The translations under genes were made by a program, and so were the position numbers. Below the pieces are notes generated by a model. That model had not been told where the DNA came from. It was given only the letters and a program-made list of their open reading frames with translations, and searched no databases. Shown one piece after another: positions 28,172 through 37,512 of a stretch of DNA of 64,000 nucleotides; the stretch's first letter is position 1, and every line of letters begins with the position of its first letter. Origin of the DNA: Desulfobacterales bacterium (GTDB taxonomy: Bacteria > Desulfobacterota > Desulfobacteria > Desulfobacterales > JAAELO01); NCBI GenBank assembly GCA_024226555.1, contig JAAELO010000822.1, forward strand, positions 62,866-126,865. The letters are read 5' to 3'.

Positions 28172-28789
28172 ATGATCACAGAAAAAAGTGTTAGCCTTAC
28201 AGTTTTATTGCCGGCAGGACAACTTCCTTTAGACGTTATGGAAACAGCACATCATCTTGCAAAGAAGCATGGGTTTGGTATTTACCTTTCTACTGCCCAG
28301 AATCTTCGTTTGATCAATGTTCCGGAATCTGATGTAGAGACAGTGAAAACAACTTTGAAGAAATTGGATGTTGAATTCAAAGCACCGGGTAAATTTCCCC
28401 TCCCAAGGGTGTGTGTAGGAAAAGGACATTGTAATCTTGGTATTACTGATACCGATGCACTAAGTCACAAAATTCTTGATAAATTTTCAGGCCGGAAGAA
28501 AACTAAGGCAAAGTTCAAGATTGCAATAGCAGCCTGCGCCTGCTGCTGCTCCAACCCTAAAACCACCGATATTGGTATTATAAGCACACGTAACGGCTAT
28601 CAACTGTTCGCAGGTGGCAAGGGCGGTTTGTCTCCTAAAGTAGGCCGTAGATTTGCAAAAAATGCAGATGATAGCAAGATCCTGGAATGTATAGAAACTC
28701 TGGTCGATTATCATGATAAAAAAACAAAAAAGAAACAACGGATGTACAAACTTATTGATGCTCCTGACTTTCCTCTGACTGTGCTATAA
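28172..28789 (+). CDS. Small nitrite/sulfite-reductase-domain protein (siroheme/[4Fe-4S]-type motif)
   Basis: 205 aa. Ferredoxin-like half domain (LSTAQNLRLINV), then CVGKGHCNLGITDTDAL (C-x5-C) and KFKIAIAACACCCSNPKTTDIGI. Confidence 0.65.
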   Translation: MITEKSVSLTVLLPAGQLPLDVMETAHHLAKKHGFGIYLSTAQNLRLINVPESDVETVKTTLKKLDVEFKAPGKFPLPRVCVGKGHCNLGITDTDALSHKILDKFSGRKKTKAKFKIAIAACACCCSNPKTTDIGIISTRNGYQLFAGGKGGLSPKVGRRFAKNADDSKILECIETLVDYHDKKTKKKQRMYKLIDAPDFPLTVL

Positions 28790-28823
28790 AAAAAACATAA
28801 ACTTAAAGAAATTTGATCAATAA

Positions 28824-28861
28824 AAAAGGTAGCATAGTTTCTTGCTACCTTTTATTTTTTT
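28824..28861 (+). terminator. Rho-independent terminator
   Basis: AAAAGGTAGCA-tagtttct-TGCTACCTTTT followed by ATTTTTTT, 35 nt after the stop at 28789. Confidence 0.7.
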
Positions 28862-28865
28862 ACAA

Positions 28866-28995
28866 TTCTGATTCGTTTATAAAACGCTTAATTTATAAAC
28901 ATTTACAACAGTTCTTTTTTTTGAATAAATCTGTTTTTCTGTCTTTTCGAACAACTTAAGTAGTCCCGGTCAAAAAGCAATTATTAGAAATTTCC
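28866..28995 (+). mobile_element. MITE copy, long type, 5'-truncated
   Basis: Aligns to the reverse complement of the 56807 copy from ...ctgattcgtttataaaa... to the right TIR CAATTATTAGAAATTTCC. The left TIR is absent. Confidence 0.6.
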
Positions 28996-29022
28996 GCTAT
29001 TTTTTTTCTTAAAATTAGAGAT

Positions 29023-29967
29023 ATGATTAGAAAACAATATAAAAACGTTAAGAAATGTCTTAAAAAAAGTCGTCTTGTAAACTATTTTACATTAGGTAAA
29101 TATAGTTTTTCTCCATATGTTGCCTGTGAACATGGTTGCTTATATTGTGATGGAAGATCTGAAAAATATTTTGTTTCAGGTGATTTTGAGAAAGATATTA
29201 TCATCAGACCAAATCTTCCCGATCTACTGGGAAGTGAATTAAAAAAAATCAGGGAACCAGGTCTTATCTCTATTGGTTCAGGTGTGAGTGATCCTTATCA
29301 GTCAGTTGAAAAAGGTGAAGCTATTATGACAAAGTGCCTTAAACGAATTAGAGATAATAGTCGTCTGGGTGTTTCTGTGATGACAAAATCAAATCTGATA
29401 CTAAGGGATATTGATATATGTGAAAAGATTCATGAAAAATCAGGTGTTATATTAATGGTTTCTTTAACTTCTCTTGATGAGAATATAAGACAAATTTTAG
29501 AACCTTCAGCACCTTCTTTTAGTGAAAGAGTGGAGCTTTTGAGAGAGTTTAAGAGTCGTGGAATGTATACAGGAGTTTTAGCCCTTCCTCTAATTTATGG
29601 AATAACGGACAACTTTAAACAATTAGAGTCATTATATGAAGTTTTAAAAGAAATTGATGTGAGACATGTCTACATACCTGATTCAGAAACGTATGTCTTC
29701 ACAAGAGCAACAAAGATTATTGGTTTCTATTCACTGTATGAAAATATATTAGCAGCGATATTCGTTTTACCTGAATTTCAGGGAAAAGGTATAGGATCAC
29801 AACTGATTGAGCATACCAAGACTCAGCGTAACCAGATAGAGCTTTCAGTTTATAAAGATAATGAATATAGTTACAATTTTTACAAATCACACGATTTTAA
29901 GTTTATTTGTGAACAACAGGATGAACATACCGGGTTCATGGAAATAACAATGGGCTGGAGTAAATAA
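29023..29967 (+). CDS. Chimeric ORF: radical-SAM protein (C-terminally truncated) fused in frame to the C-terminal two-thirds of a GNAT acetyltransferase
   Basis: Residues 1 to about 212 have CEHGCLYCDG (CX3CX2C) and an elongated radical-SAM barrel pattern. From about residue 215: ...YVFTRATKIIGFYSLYENILAAIFVLPEFQGKGIGSQLIEH...LSVYKDNEYSYNFYKSHDF, which is GNAT motifs A/B without the GNAT N-terminus. Confidence 0.65.
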   Translation: MIRKQYKNVKKCLKKSRLVNYFTLGKYSFSPYVACEHGCLYCDGRSEKYFVSGDFEKDIIIRPNLPDLLGSELKKIREPGLISIGSGVSDPYQSVEKGEAIMTKCLKRIRDNSRLGVSVMTKSNLILRDIDICEKIHEKSGVILMVSLTSLDENIRQILEPSAPSFSERVELLREFKSRGMYTGVLALPLIYGITDNFKQLESLYEVLKEIDVRHVYIPDSETYVFTRATKIIGFYSLYENILAAIFVLPEFQGKGIGSQLIEHTKTQRNQIELSVYKDNEYSYNFYKSHDFKFICEQQDEHTGFMEITMGWSK

Positions 29968-30033
29968 TAATCTGTTATAAAGATTTTACAGGCTACAAAG
30001 ATGTAAATAAAATCCAAAAAAGGGGATAATAAA

Positions 30034-30714
30034 ATGGCAGATGATTACTATATTGATTTAGAAAAAATAACCCTTGATGATTATAACGAGAGGTTAGAAA
30101 AAACGTATATTGTGAAAAGCCGAAAAATCCTGAAAGAGAACACCTGCGAAAAATTTAAGATTTTGAAGGATTACGGTATAAAAAATCTTCAGGATTGTCT
30201 TTCAATATTGAAAACAAAAGATAATGTGAAAGAGTTTGCAGAAAAATCTGGTCTATCAGAAGAATACCTGACAATCCTGAAACGAGAGATCAATAGTTTT
30301 AAACCTAATCCTTTAAATTTTAATAAGATCCCGGACATTACTTCTGCTATTTTGAAGAAGCTTGAAAAAATGGGAATTAAAAACACCAGAAAACTTTTTA
30401 ATAAAATTAAAACAAAAGAAGATAGAAAAGAGTTTTCAGAGCAATCTGGTATTTCTGTTGAAGATCTTTTGGAACTGGTAAAGCTGACTGATTTGTCACG
30501 AGTTAAATGGATAGGTCCGATATTTAGCAGATTATTTTATGAATCTGGTGTTGATACAGTAAATAAAATGACGAAAGCAGAGCCTAAAGAGTTATTTATA
30601 AAATTAATAGAGATCAATAAAAAGAATAACTATACAAAAGCTAATTTCACAGAAAATGATGTAATGCTATGTATTGATGTTTCAAAGGATGTTCCTCAGG
30701 CAATTGAGTATTAG
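30034..30714 (+). CDS. Hypothetical protein with tandem helix-hairpin-helix-like repeats (DUF4332-like)
   Basis: Repeated ...KIPDITSAILKKLEKMGIKNTRKL... and ...LSRVKWIGPIFSRLFYESGVDTVNKM... units. Family assignment by resemblance only. Confidence 0.45.
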   Translation: MADDYYIDLEKITLDDYNERLEKTYIVKSRKILKENTCEKFKILKDYGIKNLQDCLSILKTKDNVKEFAEKSGLSEEYLTILKREINSFKPNPLNFNKIPDITSAILKKLEKMGIKNTRKLFNKIKTKEDRKEFSEQSGISVEDLLELVKLTDLSRVKWIGPIFSRLFYESGVDTVNKMTKAEPKELFIKLIEINKKNNYTKANFTENDVMLCIDVSKDVPQAIEY

Positions 30715-30765
30715 ACTCCTATAAGGAAAAGATATGGCTAAAGGGAATAAATATTTATTATTTAT

Positions 30766-30895
30766 GGGAACCTCTAATAATTAGAATTTTTGATGAAAAA
30801 CAAGGCATAACAAAAAATAACGGGTTGATTTTACTACAGTTTTATTTTTGTTATAACGATGTGTTTCGCAAAAAGATCAGTTATTAGAGATTCCC
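30766..30895 (+). mobile_element. MITE copy, intact short type (130 bp)
   Basis: TIRs GGGAACCTCTAATAATTAG / CAGTTATTAGAGATTCCC. TTAT direct repeats at 30762-30765 and 30896-30899. Confidence 0.9.
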
Positions 30896-30997
30896 TTATG
30901 ATAAATTCATAAAAGGTTAAGAAAGCTTAATTTTATAAAGGGTTGTATTTTCACCATTTCTAATCTATCAGGATAATCGTTTTTTAAATTATTACCT

Positions 30998-31015
30998 GGT
31001 CAGTTCAGGTCAGTT
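30998..31015 (+). promoter_or_regulatory. Tandem GGTCAGTT direct repeat (candidate LytTR-type site)
   Basis: GGTCAGTTcaGGTCAGTT, about 150 bp upstream of the first gene of the cluster that ends with the LytS/LytTR pair. The spacing is not the classical 12-13 nt. Confidence 0.2.
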
Positions 31016-31166
31016 TTTCATCATTTTAACAATATCTGTTATATTTTATTATAGTTTTGTTCTATATTAATTTATCATTTAAAAAGCTGTTTTTTATATT
31101 TATAAAATCATATTTACAGTATATTGACTGATGTTTTATTAATCATGATCTTTATGGAGTTTTTTA

Positions 31167-32180
31167 TTGCAATATCTTTTCAGAAATATAATTTTAATTT
31201 TCTTTTTTTTCATAGCTTCCCAAAACGGTTTTGCTGAGAATCTTCTTGAAGATGATTTTTTCAACGGTTTTTCAGCTAAGTTTGAACTTTGTACTTTGGG
31301 AATAGCAACCAATAGCAATATAATACCTTTTACGGCTGATGATTATGAAGAGAGGAAAAACAATAACCAGAATATTTCATCCCTGACAAAAAACAGCCAT
31401 TTTGTTTTTGCTGGTTCCAGTGATCTGCTTTTCAATATAGAATATACTTTTGAATCAGGAACAGTTTTATATTTAGGTACACCATTCTATGATGATGCAA
31501 GAGATGGGGTTACATTTGGTGTTGAAAAAGAGTATGACAACTTCATATCTGATTTTGCCTTTTTTGCAAATGGAAATGAAGTATGGAAAAACCCGTATCT
31601 TACAAACACAGACCGTACTGTTACTGATGAATTCAACATTGGATTTGTTTATAAATTAATAGAAATTTACCAAACAGGTTTTTCCACGAGCTTCAAATCA
31701 AAATACAGGTATATTGAAGATGATGATATTGGAAAAGAAGAGATTGATTTAAAAAGAGATGGATTTATTCATACAATCAAGTTTGACTATGATCATCAAT
31801 TTAATACTGACGATGAAGAACCTCCAAATAATATAGTCTACAGTTTAACCTACAATCATGCTGATATGGAAGGTGAGAGTAATAGTTATTATAGTCTTCT
31901 GTTTGGGTTGAAGGGAACATATTGGTATGAGGATATATCTGTTGGTTTGATGACTAATATTGAAGGCAGAAAATACAAAAAAAGTAATCCGATTTTCAAT
32001 ATAAAAAAAGATGAAAATATACTGACAAATGGAGTTATGATCACATTTAACAACCTTGGTAAGAGCGGTAACTGGTATCTAAGAGGTGGTTTTTCGGTTG
32101 TAAATGTTTTTTCAAATATAGATTTTTATGAATCAGATAGTTTAATGTGCCTTGCTTCAATTGGCTATAATTTTCAATAA
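31167..32180 (+). CDS. Putative outer-membrane beta-barrel protein
   Basis: Signal peptide ...FFFFIASQNGFA, alternating amphipathic strands, Y/G/N/D-rich, and C-terminal ...ASIGYNFQ. TTG start with GGAG RBS 7 nt upstream. Confidence 0.5.
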   Translation: MQYLFRNIILIFFFFIASQNGFAENLLEDDFFNGFSAKFELCTLGIATNSNIIPFTADDYEERKNNNQNISSLTKNSHFVFAGSSDLLFNIEYTFESGTVLYLGTPFYDDARDGVTFGVEKEYDNFISDFAFFANGNEVWKNPYLTNTDRTVTDEFNIGFVYKLIEIYQTGFSTSFKSKYRYIEDDDIGKEEIDLKRDGFIHTIKFDYDHQFNTDDEEPPNNIVYSLTYNHADMEGESNSYYSLLFGLKGTYWYEDISVGLMTNIEGRKYKKSNPIFNIKKDENILTNGVMITFNNLGKSGNWYLRGGFSVVNVFSNIDFYESDSLMCLASIGYNFQ

Positions 32181-32191
32181 CCCGGTAGATA

Positions 32192-32788
32192 ATGTTTAAT
32201 AAGTTAATAATAATACTATTTACATCTGTTTTTATACTTATGGAATTGTGTGTAAATAGTTTTCCATTAGAAAATAAAGTGATTTATGCCGGTATTTTTC
32301 CTGATAATAATCCCTTTTCCATACCTTCCTCAAGTAAGAAAAGATATAGAAAATCCAGAAATAAGAGGCGGTTAACTACAAATAATTTAAGAAAGAGTAG
32401 TAAATATATTAAAATAGTAGAAAACTTAAAGAAAATTATCTCAGCAAAGAAAAAAGAAAATCCATACTCAGAAATTCTTACATATTGGCAAATTGGAGAA
32501 ACAGTCGCTAAAGTAACTTCAGACAGAGAAAAAAGTAAAGAATTTAATAAAAAGCTATTCAAACTTTTATCTTTTGACTGTAAAATTTCATTGGATAGTA
32601 TTTATAATTCTGTAAAATTCTACCGGGTTTTTCCAATTCTCTCTGATGTATCCCCAAACCTTACCTGGAAACATTATATTAATTTGATAACAATAGACAA
32701 TGAAAAAATAAGAAACAGTTTTCATAAACTATCAGTTGATAAAAAACTATCAGTTAGTGAACTTAAAAAGCTTATTAAGCAAAAATAA
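32192..32788 (+). CDS. Hypothetical protein: N-terminal hydrophobic leader, basic linker, YhcG (DUF1016) N-terminal-like domain, no nuclease domain
   Basis: ...ILTYWQIGETVA...LFKLLSFDCKISLDSIYNSVKFYRVFP...NLTWKHYINLITIDNEKIRNSF...LSVSELKKLI follows the YWxIG / LS / FY / LSWSHy / WSvReL pattern of YhcG N-domains. Confidence 0.5.
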   Translation: MFNKLIIILFTSVFILMELCVNSFPLENKVIYAGIFPDNNPFSIPSSSKKRYRKSRNKRRLTTNNLRKSSKYIKIVENLKKIISAKKKENPYSEILTYWQIGETVAKVTSDREKSKEFNKKLFKLLSFDCKISLDSIYNSVKFYRVFPILSDVSPNLTWKHYINLITIDNEKIRNSFHKLSVDKKLSVSELKKLIKQK

Positions 32789-32790
32789 AT

Positions 32791-34659
32791 ATGAAAATAA
32801 AACAAATAATCCTTATTACTATTCTCATTATTTTGGGACTTTCATTCAATGTTAAAGCACAGGAAGAGTCTTTTGAGCCCGTTTTAGTTGGAATTGAAAA
32901 TATTTATTATCATGCTGGAAAACTTAAATATTTTGATAAAAAAACAGCCGCTGTTACAAATGAAATACTCTCATCTAACAGTTGGAAACCCTTAGTAAAA
33001 TTCAATAAAAAAGAGCTAACCTCCAAAAATGAGATATGGATAAAAGTTTTACTACCCCGGGAAAAATATTTAAACAGAGCCATTTCTATCCGATCATTTT
33101 TGAACAGCTATGAAGTATATTTAAATGATAAAATAGGTGAGCATAGTATAGAAGTGGAAGAGTCTGATTTTCGATATTATAACAATCATATAATATCTAT
33201 TCCTGAAAGAGCTATAGAAAATGTATTAACATTAAGAATATTCTATAATATCCCTGCTAATTTTGGAAAAATCTACAACATAATGGTTGGTGAAAAAGAG
33301 GATCTTTATCAGGATATTATTGATGAACAAAATGTTTTTTTTAAAGATATAATTAACGAAATGTTTTTAGGTTTTGTACTTATAGTATTTGGCGTAGTTT
33401 CACTCTTTATATTTTTAATGCGATTTAAAAACAAGGATTATCCTTTTTTAACATTTGGATTTTTCGCATTTTTAGCAGGTGTTAGATATCTTTGTGGAAT
33501 TCGCTTGCTTTTCTTTTTTAATATATCTCCAATAACATTTCTACTTATAGAAAATTTATCATTCTTGCTTATTCCTGTTACGCTTTTTGCCTTTGTTGAA
33601 CAGATCTTTACATCAAATCGAAACAGAATCATCAGGGTAATCTGGCAAAGTCACTTATTAATCGCACTAATAGCTTTTTTTCTTATAATTAACAATATAA
33701 ACTACGAACCATATGTTATAACGATATTATTTATAAGCTCAATAGTATGCTTCTATGTAATATATAAGTCTAAGAAAGATGTTTCTTTAAATATAAGAAC
33801 ACCTTTTCTAGCTTTTTTAACTATGTTAATAGGTCTTATCATTAACCAGATTTCTGAATCATTTTTTCAATTTTCCCCTATTAATATTATTGTTCAAAAT
33901 ATATTTAACAGAAATATTGATATTTTTGGTTGGGGAATATTAGGTTTAACCTTTGCTCTTTGCTATATTTTAATTAAACACTACACAATACTAATAAAAA
34001 ATATGCAGAAAGTGTCAATTGAGCTTGTAAAAAACAGATCTGAGATTTTAAAACTGAGTCAGGCAAAACTTGAATCCCAGTTCGATGCTCTAAAAAACCA
34101 GTTAAACCCTCACTTTCTTTTTAATAATTTCAGTACTCTAATATCTATAATAGAAGAAAATAGTACTAAAGCTGTAGATTTCGTACAAGAGTTAGCAAAT
34201 GTATACAGATATATTTTAAAAACAAGAATACAGGAACATGTATATCTAAGTACTGAAGTTGAGTTTGTTTATTCCTACGAGTTTCTTATGAAGCAGCGTT
34301 TTGGTGATAATATAAAATTAAATGTGAATGTTTCTGAAGAATATTTAACCTTGAAAATACCACCATTTAGTCTTCAGCTTTTAATAGAAAATGCCATAAA
34401 GCATAATGTTATTTCCATAAAAAAACCTCTTACAATAGATATTTTTGTGGAATATGAATATATTATTGTAAAAAATAACCTTCAAAAGAAAAATGTTATT
34501 GAAAGGTCAACCAATATAGGCCTTTCAAATATCGTTGAAAGATATAAATACTTCACTAAAAGAGAGGTGTTTATTGTACCTGATGAAAAAAACTTCACAG
34601 TAAAACTTCCCCTGTTAAAAAGAAAGGAGTGGTTAAATAATGAAATTAGTAATAATTGA
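32791..34659 (+). CDS. LytS/YehU-type sensor histidine kinase with extracellular domain and 7-TM module
   Basis: Signal peptide, about 170-aa outside domain, multiple TM helices, then LNPHFLFNNFSTLISII (His_kinase/LytS H-box) and IENAIKHN. Confidence 0.85.
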   Translation: MKIKQIILITILIILGLSFNVKAQEESFEPVLVGIENIYYHAGKLKYFDKKTAAVTNEILSSNSWKPLVKFNKKELTSKNEIWIKVLLPREKYLNRAISIRSFLNSYEVYLNDKIGEHSIEVEESDFRYYNNHIISIPERAIENVLTLRIFYNIPANFGKIYNIMVGEKEDLYQDIIDEQNVFFKDIINEMFLGFVLIVFGVVSLFIFLMRFKNKDYPFLTFGFFAFLAGVRYLCGIRLLFFFNISPITFLLIENLSFLLIPVTLFAFVEQIFTSNRNRIIRVIWQSHLLIALIAFFLIINNINYEPYVITILFISSIVCFYVIYKSKKDVSLNIRTPFLAFLTMLIGLIINQISESFFQFSPINIIVQNIFNRNIDIFGWGILGLTFALCYILIKHYTILIKNMQKVSIELVKNRSEILKLSQAKLESQFDALKNQLNPHFLFNNFSTLISIIEENSTKAVDFVQELANVYRYILKTRIQEHVYLSTEVEFVYSYEFLMKQRFGDNIKLNVNVSEEYLTLKIPPFSLQLLIENAIKHNVISIKKPLTIDIFVEYEYIIVKNNLQKKNVIERSTNIGLSNIVERYKYFTKREVFIVPDEKNFTVKLPLLKRKEWLNNEISNN

Positions 34660-35404
34660 AGATGAACAGGCTGCATCAAAAAGACTTAAAAAGATGATTA
34701 ACAAATTAGATCCTGCTTTTGATATTGAAATAATATTAGACAGCGTTGAGGATAGTGTTAACTGGTTAAACAGTAATGAAGACCCTGATCTTATAATTGT
34801 TGATATACATCTTTCAGATGGACTTTGTTTTGAAATATTTGAAAAAGTTACAACTGAATGCCCTGTTATATTTACAACTGCATATGATGAGTATGCTGTA
34901 GAAGCATTCAAGTTGAATAGTATTGATTATCTTTTGAAGCCTATTGAAGAAAAAAAGTTAGATAAAAGTCTGATAAAATTTAGAAAACTTAAAGAAAAAT
35001 ATGGGAAGGGCAGAACAGAAAAACTTGAAGATTTGTTAAGGCACTTTCAATCAAGTCAGGATTATAAATCAAGATTTCTTGTTAAATCAGGGCAGTCCTT
35101 TAGAGCTATATCAATTACAAATATCTCCTATTTTTTTATTGAAAGTCAGATTGTCTTCTTGATAACAGACGAAAAAAGAAAATTTATCGTTGAACATAGT
35201 CTTGATGAACTTGAAAAACTACTAAATCCAGAAAATTTTTTCAGAATAAACAGACAGATGATATTATCTTTAAAGTGCATTACTTCGATTAATCAATATT
35301 TCAATAGTAGACTAAAACTGACACTTACACCAGATTATGATGAAAATGAGGTGCTTGTAAGCAGGATGAAAGTTTCAGAATTTAAAAGATGGTTGGATAA
35401 ATAG
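34640..35404 (+). CDS. LytTR-family response regulator
   Basis: Receiver MKLVIIEDE...LIIVDIHLSDG...FTTAYDEYA...DYLLKP. C-terminal LytTR block (...SYFFIESQIVFLITDEKRKFIVEHSLDELE...FFRINRQ). Overlaps the kinase gene by 20 nt. Confidence 0.9.
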   Translation: MKLVIIEDEQAASKRLKKMINKLDPAFDIEIILDSVEDSVNWLNSNEDPDLIIVDIHLSDGLCFEIFEKVTTECPVIFTTAYDEYAVEAFKLNSIDYLLKPIEEKKLDKSLIKFRKLKEKYGKGRTEKLEDLLRHFQSSQDYKSRFLVKSGQSFRAISITNISYFFIESQIVFLITDEKRKFIVEHSLDELEKLLNPENFFRINRQMILSLKCITSINQYFNSRLKLTLTPDYDENEVLVSRMKVSEFKRWLDK

Positions 35405-35418
35405 TTTGAAAGTTTATT

Positions 35419-35499
35419 GGGAAGTTCTAATAACTACATTTTTATAAAACTAAAAGCTTTTATAATCTGTATTTCAATCAAAATTATTAGAGGTTACCC
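35419..35499 (-). mobile_element. MITE copy, 81-bp deletion variant
   Basis: TIRs GGGAAGTTCTAATAACT / AATTATTAGAGGTTACCC enclose only one TTTTATAAA module and the ctgtatttcaatcaaaa block. Flanks are TATT/TATA. Confidence 0.75.
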
Positions 35500-35542
35500 T
35501 ATAAATTACTATAAACAAAATCATTAACAAATAGAGCAAGTT

Positions 35543-36112
35543 ATGTTAGAACATTCCTTAATTATTAAGCCTATAATGAAGAGTGAAGGAATGAGTAAAA
35601 AAAAAATTAGAAAACTAAAAGGGGACGAGGATCTTTTTGATATATTCGGTTGTGATGATGATATTAATGAAGATGAAGATATATCAAAGGATGTGTTATT
35701 AAACAAACACGGTGTTCCTGTACTAAATAATGATATAGGAAAGCTTAAAGGTAAAAATCATAATACACTTTTGAGAGAAAAAGGACTGTATAAAAAAACT
35801 GGAAAAAAACAGACAGTAGACAAAAAAATCAAAAATTATCCAGCACCTGAATTAGACCTGGATCTACACGGATTCACAGCAATTGAAGCTGAGTTAAGTG
35901 CAGATTCGTTCATAAGATCTGCACTTCAAAAAGGATGTCTAACATTAAGAATTATCGTAGGTAAAGGCACCCACTCTGAATTTGGTGCTGTTTTACCTGA
36001 CGCAATTGAAGATTTGATTCTTAAACTTAAAAAAGAAAAAGTCGTTCTCTCATATCGATGGGAAAAAAAAATTAAAAGAAAAAGTGGAGCAATTATAGTA
36101 TATCTACCATGA
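35543..36112 (+). CDS. Smr (small MutS-related) domain protein
   Basis: C-terminal LDLHGFTAIEAE...LRIIVGKGTHS...LPDAIEDLI. The true start may be an internal Met (35576 or 35591). Confidence 0.8.
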   Translation: MLEHSLIIKPIMKSEGMSKKKIRKLKGDEDLFDIFGCDDDINEDEDISKDVLLNKHGVPVLNNDIGKLKGKNHNTLLREKGLYKKTGKKQTVDKKIKNYPAPELDLDLHGFTAIEAELSADSFIRSALQKGCLTLRIIVGKGTHSEFGAVLPDAIEDLILKLKKEKVVLSYRWEKKIKRKSGAIIVYLP

Positions 36113-36520
36113 TTACATCTCACCTGTTCCTGATGTATTACACTCATCTTTCAGATTTAAAGGAATTTGAATCTCTTTATCATATTTAAAGTATCGACCT
36201 GTTATGAAGTCAACAGCAAATGAAGGCCACAGCAAAAAATTTACCCAAAATGATTTAGTTATTGTCTTATTAATATCAAAAGAAGCAACATCGTAACAAT
36301 CATCGCTTACTTTGATTGTAACACCTTTATAGGACGATACCGCTTTTATAGTTGTTGGAATTCTCGTTACATATGAACCTTTTGGTCCAATGACCTCAAC
36401 TTTAATATTCTCAAAACCTTTTTGAGTTGTTAAATTTATATCCTGAGGAGAGCTATTAACAAGAGTACTACAGCCGCAAATGAAGAATAACAAAATTAAA
36501 ACAGATATTAAGCGAATCAT
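36113..36520 (-). CDS. Hypothetical lipoprotein
   Basis: Lipobox LFFICGC. Its stop abuts the Smr stop with zero spacing (convergent genes). Confidence 0.6.
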   Translation of the reverse strand: MIRLISVLILLFFICGCSTLVNSSPQDINLTTQKGFENIKVEVIGPKGSYVTRIPTTIKAVSSYKGVTIKVSDDCYDVASFDINKTITKSFWVNFLLWPSFAVDFITGRYFKYDKEIQIPLNLKDECNTSGTGEM

Positions 36521-36732
36521 ATTCCCTATCCTCTATTTAAAATTTGAAATGCATTTAGAAATTTTGAATTATTATAGATTAATTAAATATCATTTTCAAG
36601 ATATTCAATCGTCGTTAGAGGTTTTGGATTGAAATAATATAAAAAATTAAATAGATGAGCTACTTAAATAGACACTTTTTGTAGAAAAACAATTGACTAA
36701 TTAGGATGCATTAAAAAATTGTATTAAAAAAC

Positions 36733-36770
36733 AAAAAACCCGTCATCATTTAAATGATGACGGGTTTGTT
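36733..36770 (-). terminator. Strong palindromic terminator (bidirectional shape)
   Basis: Perfect 26-nt palindrome CCCGTCATCATTT/AAATGATGACGGG (36739-36764). It is flanked by A6 on the plus strand, which is a T6 tract for the minus-strand gene 36799-37485. Confidence 0.75.
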
Positions 36771-36798
36771 CTTATACAAAATCTATATGATAATACTA

Positions 36799-37485
36799 TT
36801 ATTTTTCAGCTTTAGGTGCTTCAGCTAAAAGAGCTTTCATATCACCACCAATAGTTGCTAATTCAGCTAATATAGCTGCTTCATTACTTGAAACGCTTTT
36901 AGTCTTAATAATAACTTTTTCTACAAGACCAGTTTTAACGTTGTAAAGTCCACAAGTAATTCTTAATTTTTTTGAATAACCAAAAGAATACCAATTTCCA
37001 TATCCATCAACATTAATAACTGCAACATATTTTGGCTTGAATTTTAGCTTAAGCTGTTTAGATGCAAGAGAGATTATCTTTGCAGTAGCATCGATAATCT
37101 TTGGTAGCTCTGAAGACCCATGGTAACCAACATCTTTTTTGAAATCATAAGTTTTATGAAAAGAAACCATATGATACATACCACGTGCCATTCTCCATGA
37201 CATGCTACCCATACCCATTTTTTCAAGAACAGGCTGAAGAGGCTGAAGAGAAACTCCCTGCTTTCCGAAAGCTGCTACAAATCCACCAAGTAGTGCTGCT
37301 GATTGTGCTAACTTATCTCCAGGTAGTCCCCATGTAGATGCAGGCATAATTACGATTTTATCTTTTGTAAAGTTTGGCAGATCAGCGTCTGTTCTGATGT
37401 GTTGCTTTACTCCACCACATCCTGTAAGTCCAACAACAACCATAAATATCACTAATGCCATTGCTAATTTTAACGTTTTTTTCAT
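36799..37485 (-). CDS. Hypothetical lipoprotein
   Basis: Signal peptide with lipobox VGLTGCGG; no recognisable domain. Confidence 0.6.
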   Translation of the reverse strand: MKKTLKLAMALVIFMVVVGLTGCGGVKQHIRTDADLPNFTKDKIVIMPASTWGLPGDKLAQSAALLGGFVAAFGKQGVSLQPLQPVLEKMGMGSMSWRMARGMYHMVSFHKTYDFKKDVGYHGSSELPKIIDATAKIISLASKQLKLKFKPKYVAVINVDGYGNWYSFGYSKKLRITCGLYNVKTGLVEKVIIKTKSVSSNEAAILAELATIGGDMKALLAEAPKAEK

Positions 37486-37512
37486 GTTTTCTCCCCTACA
37501 TTTTATTATTCA

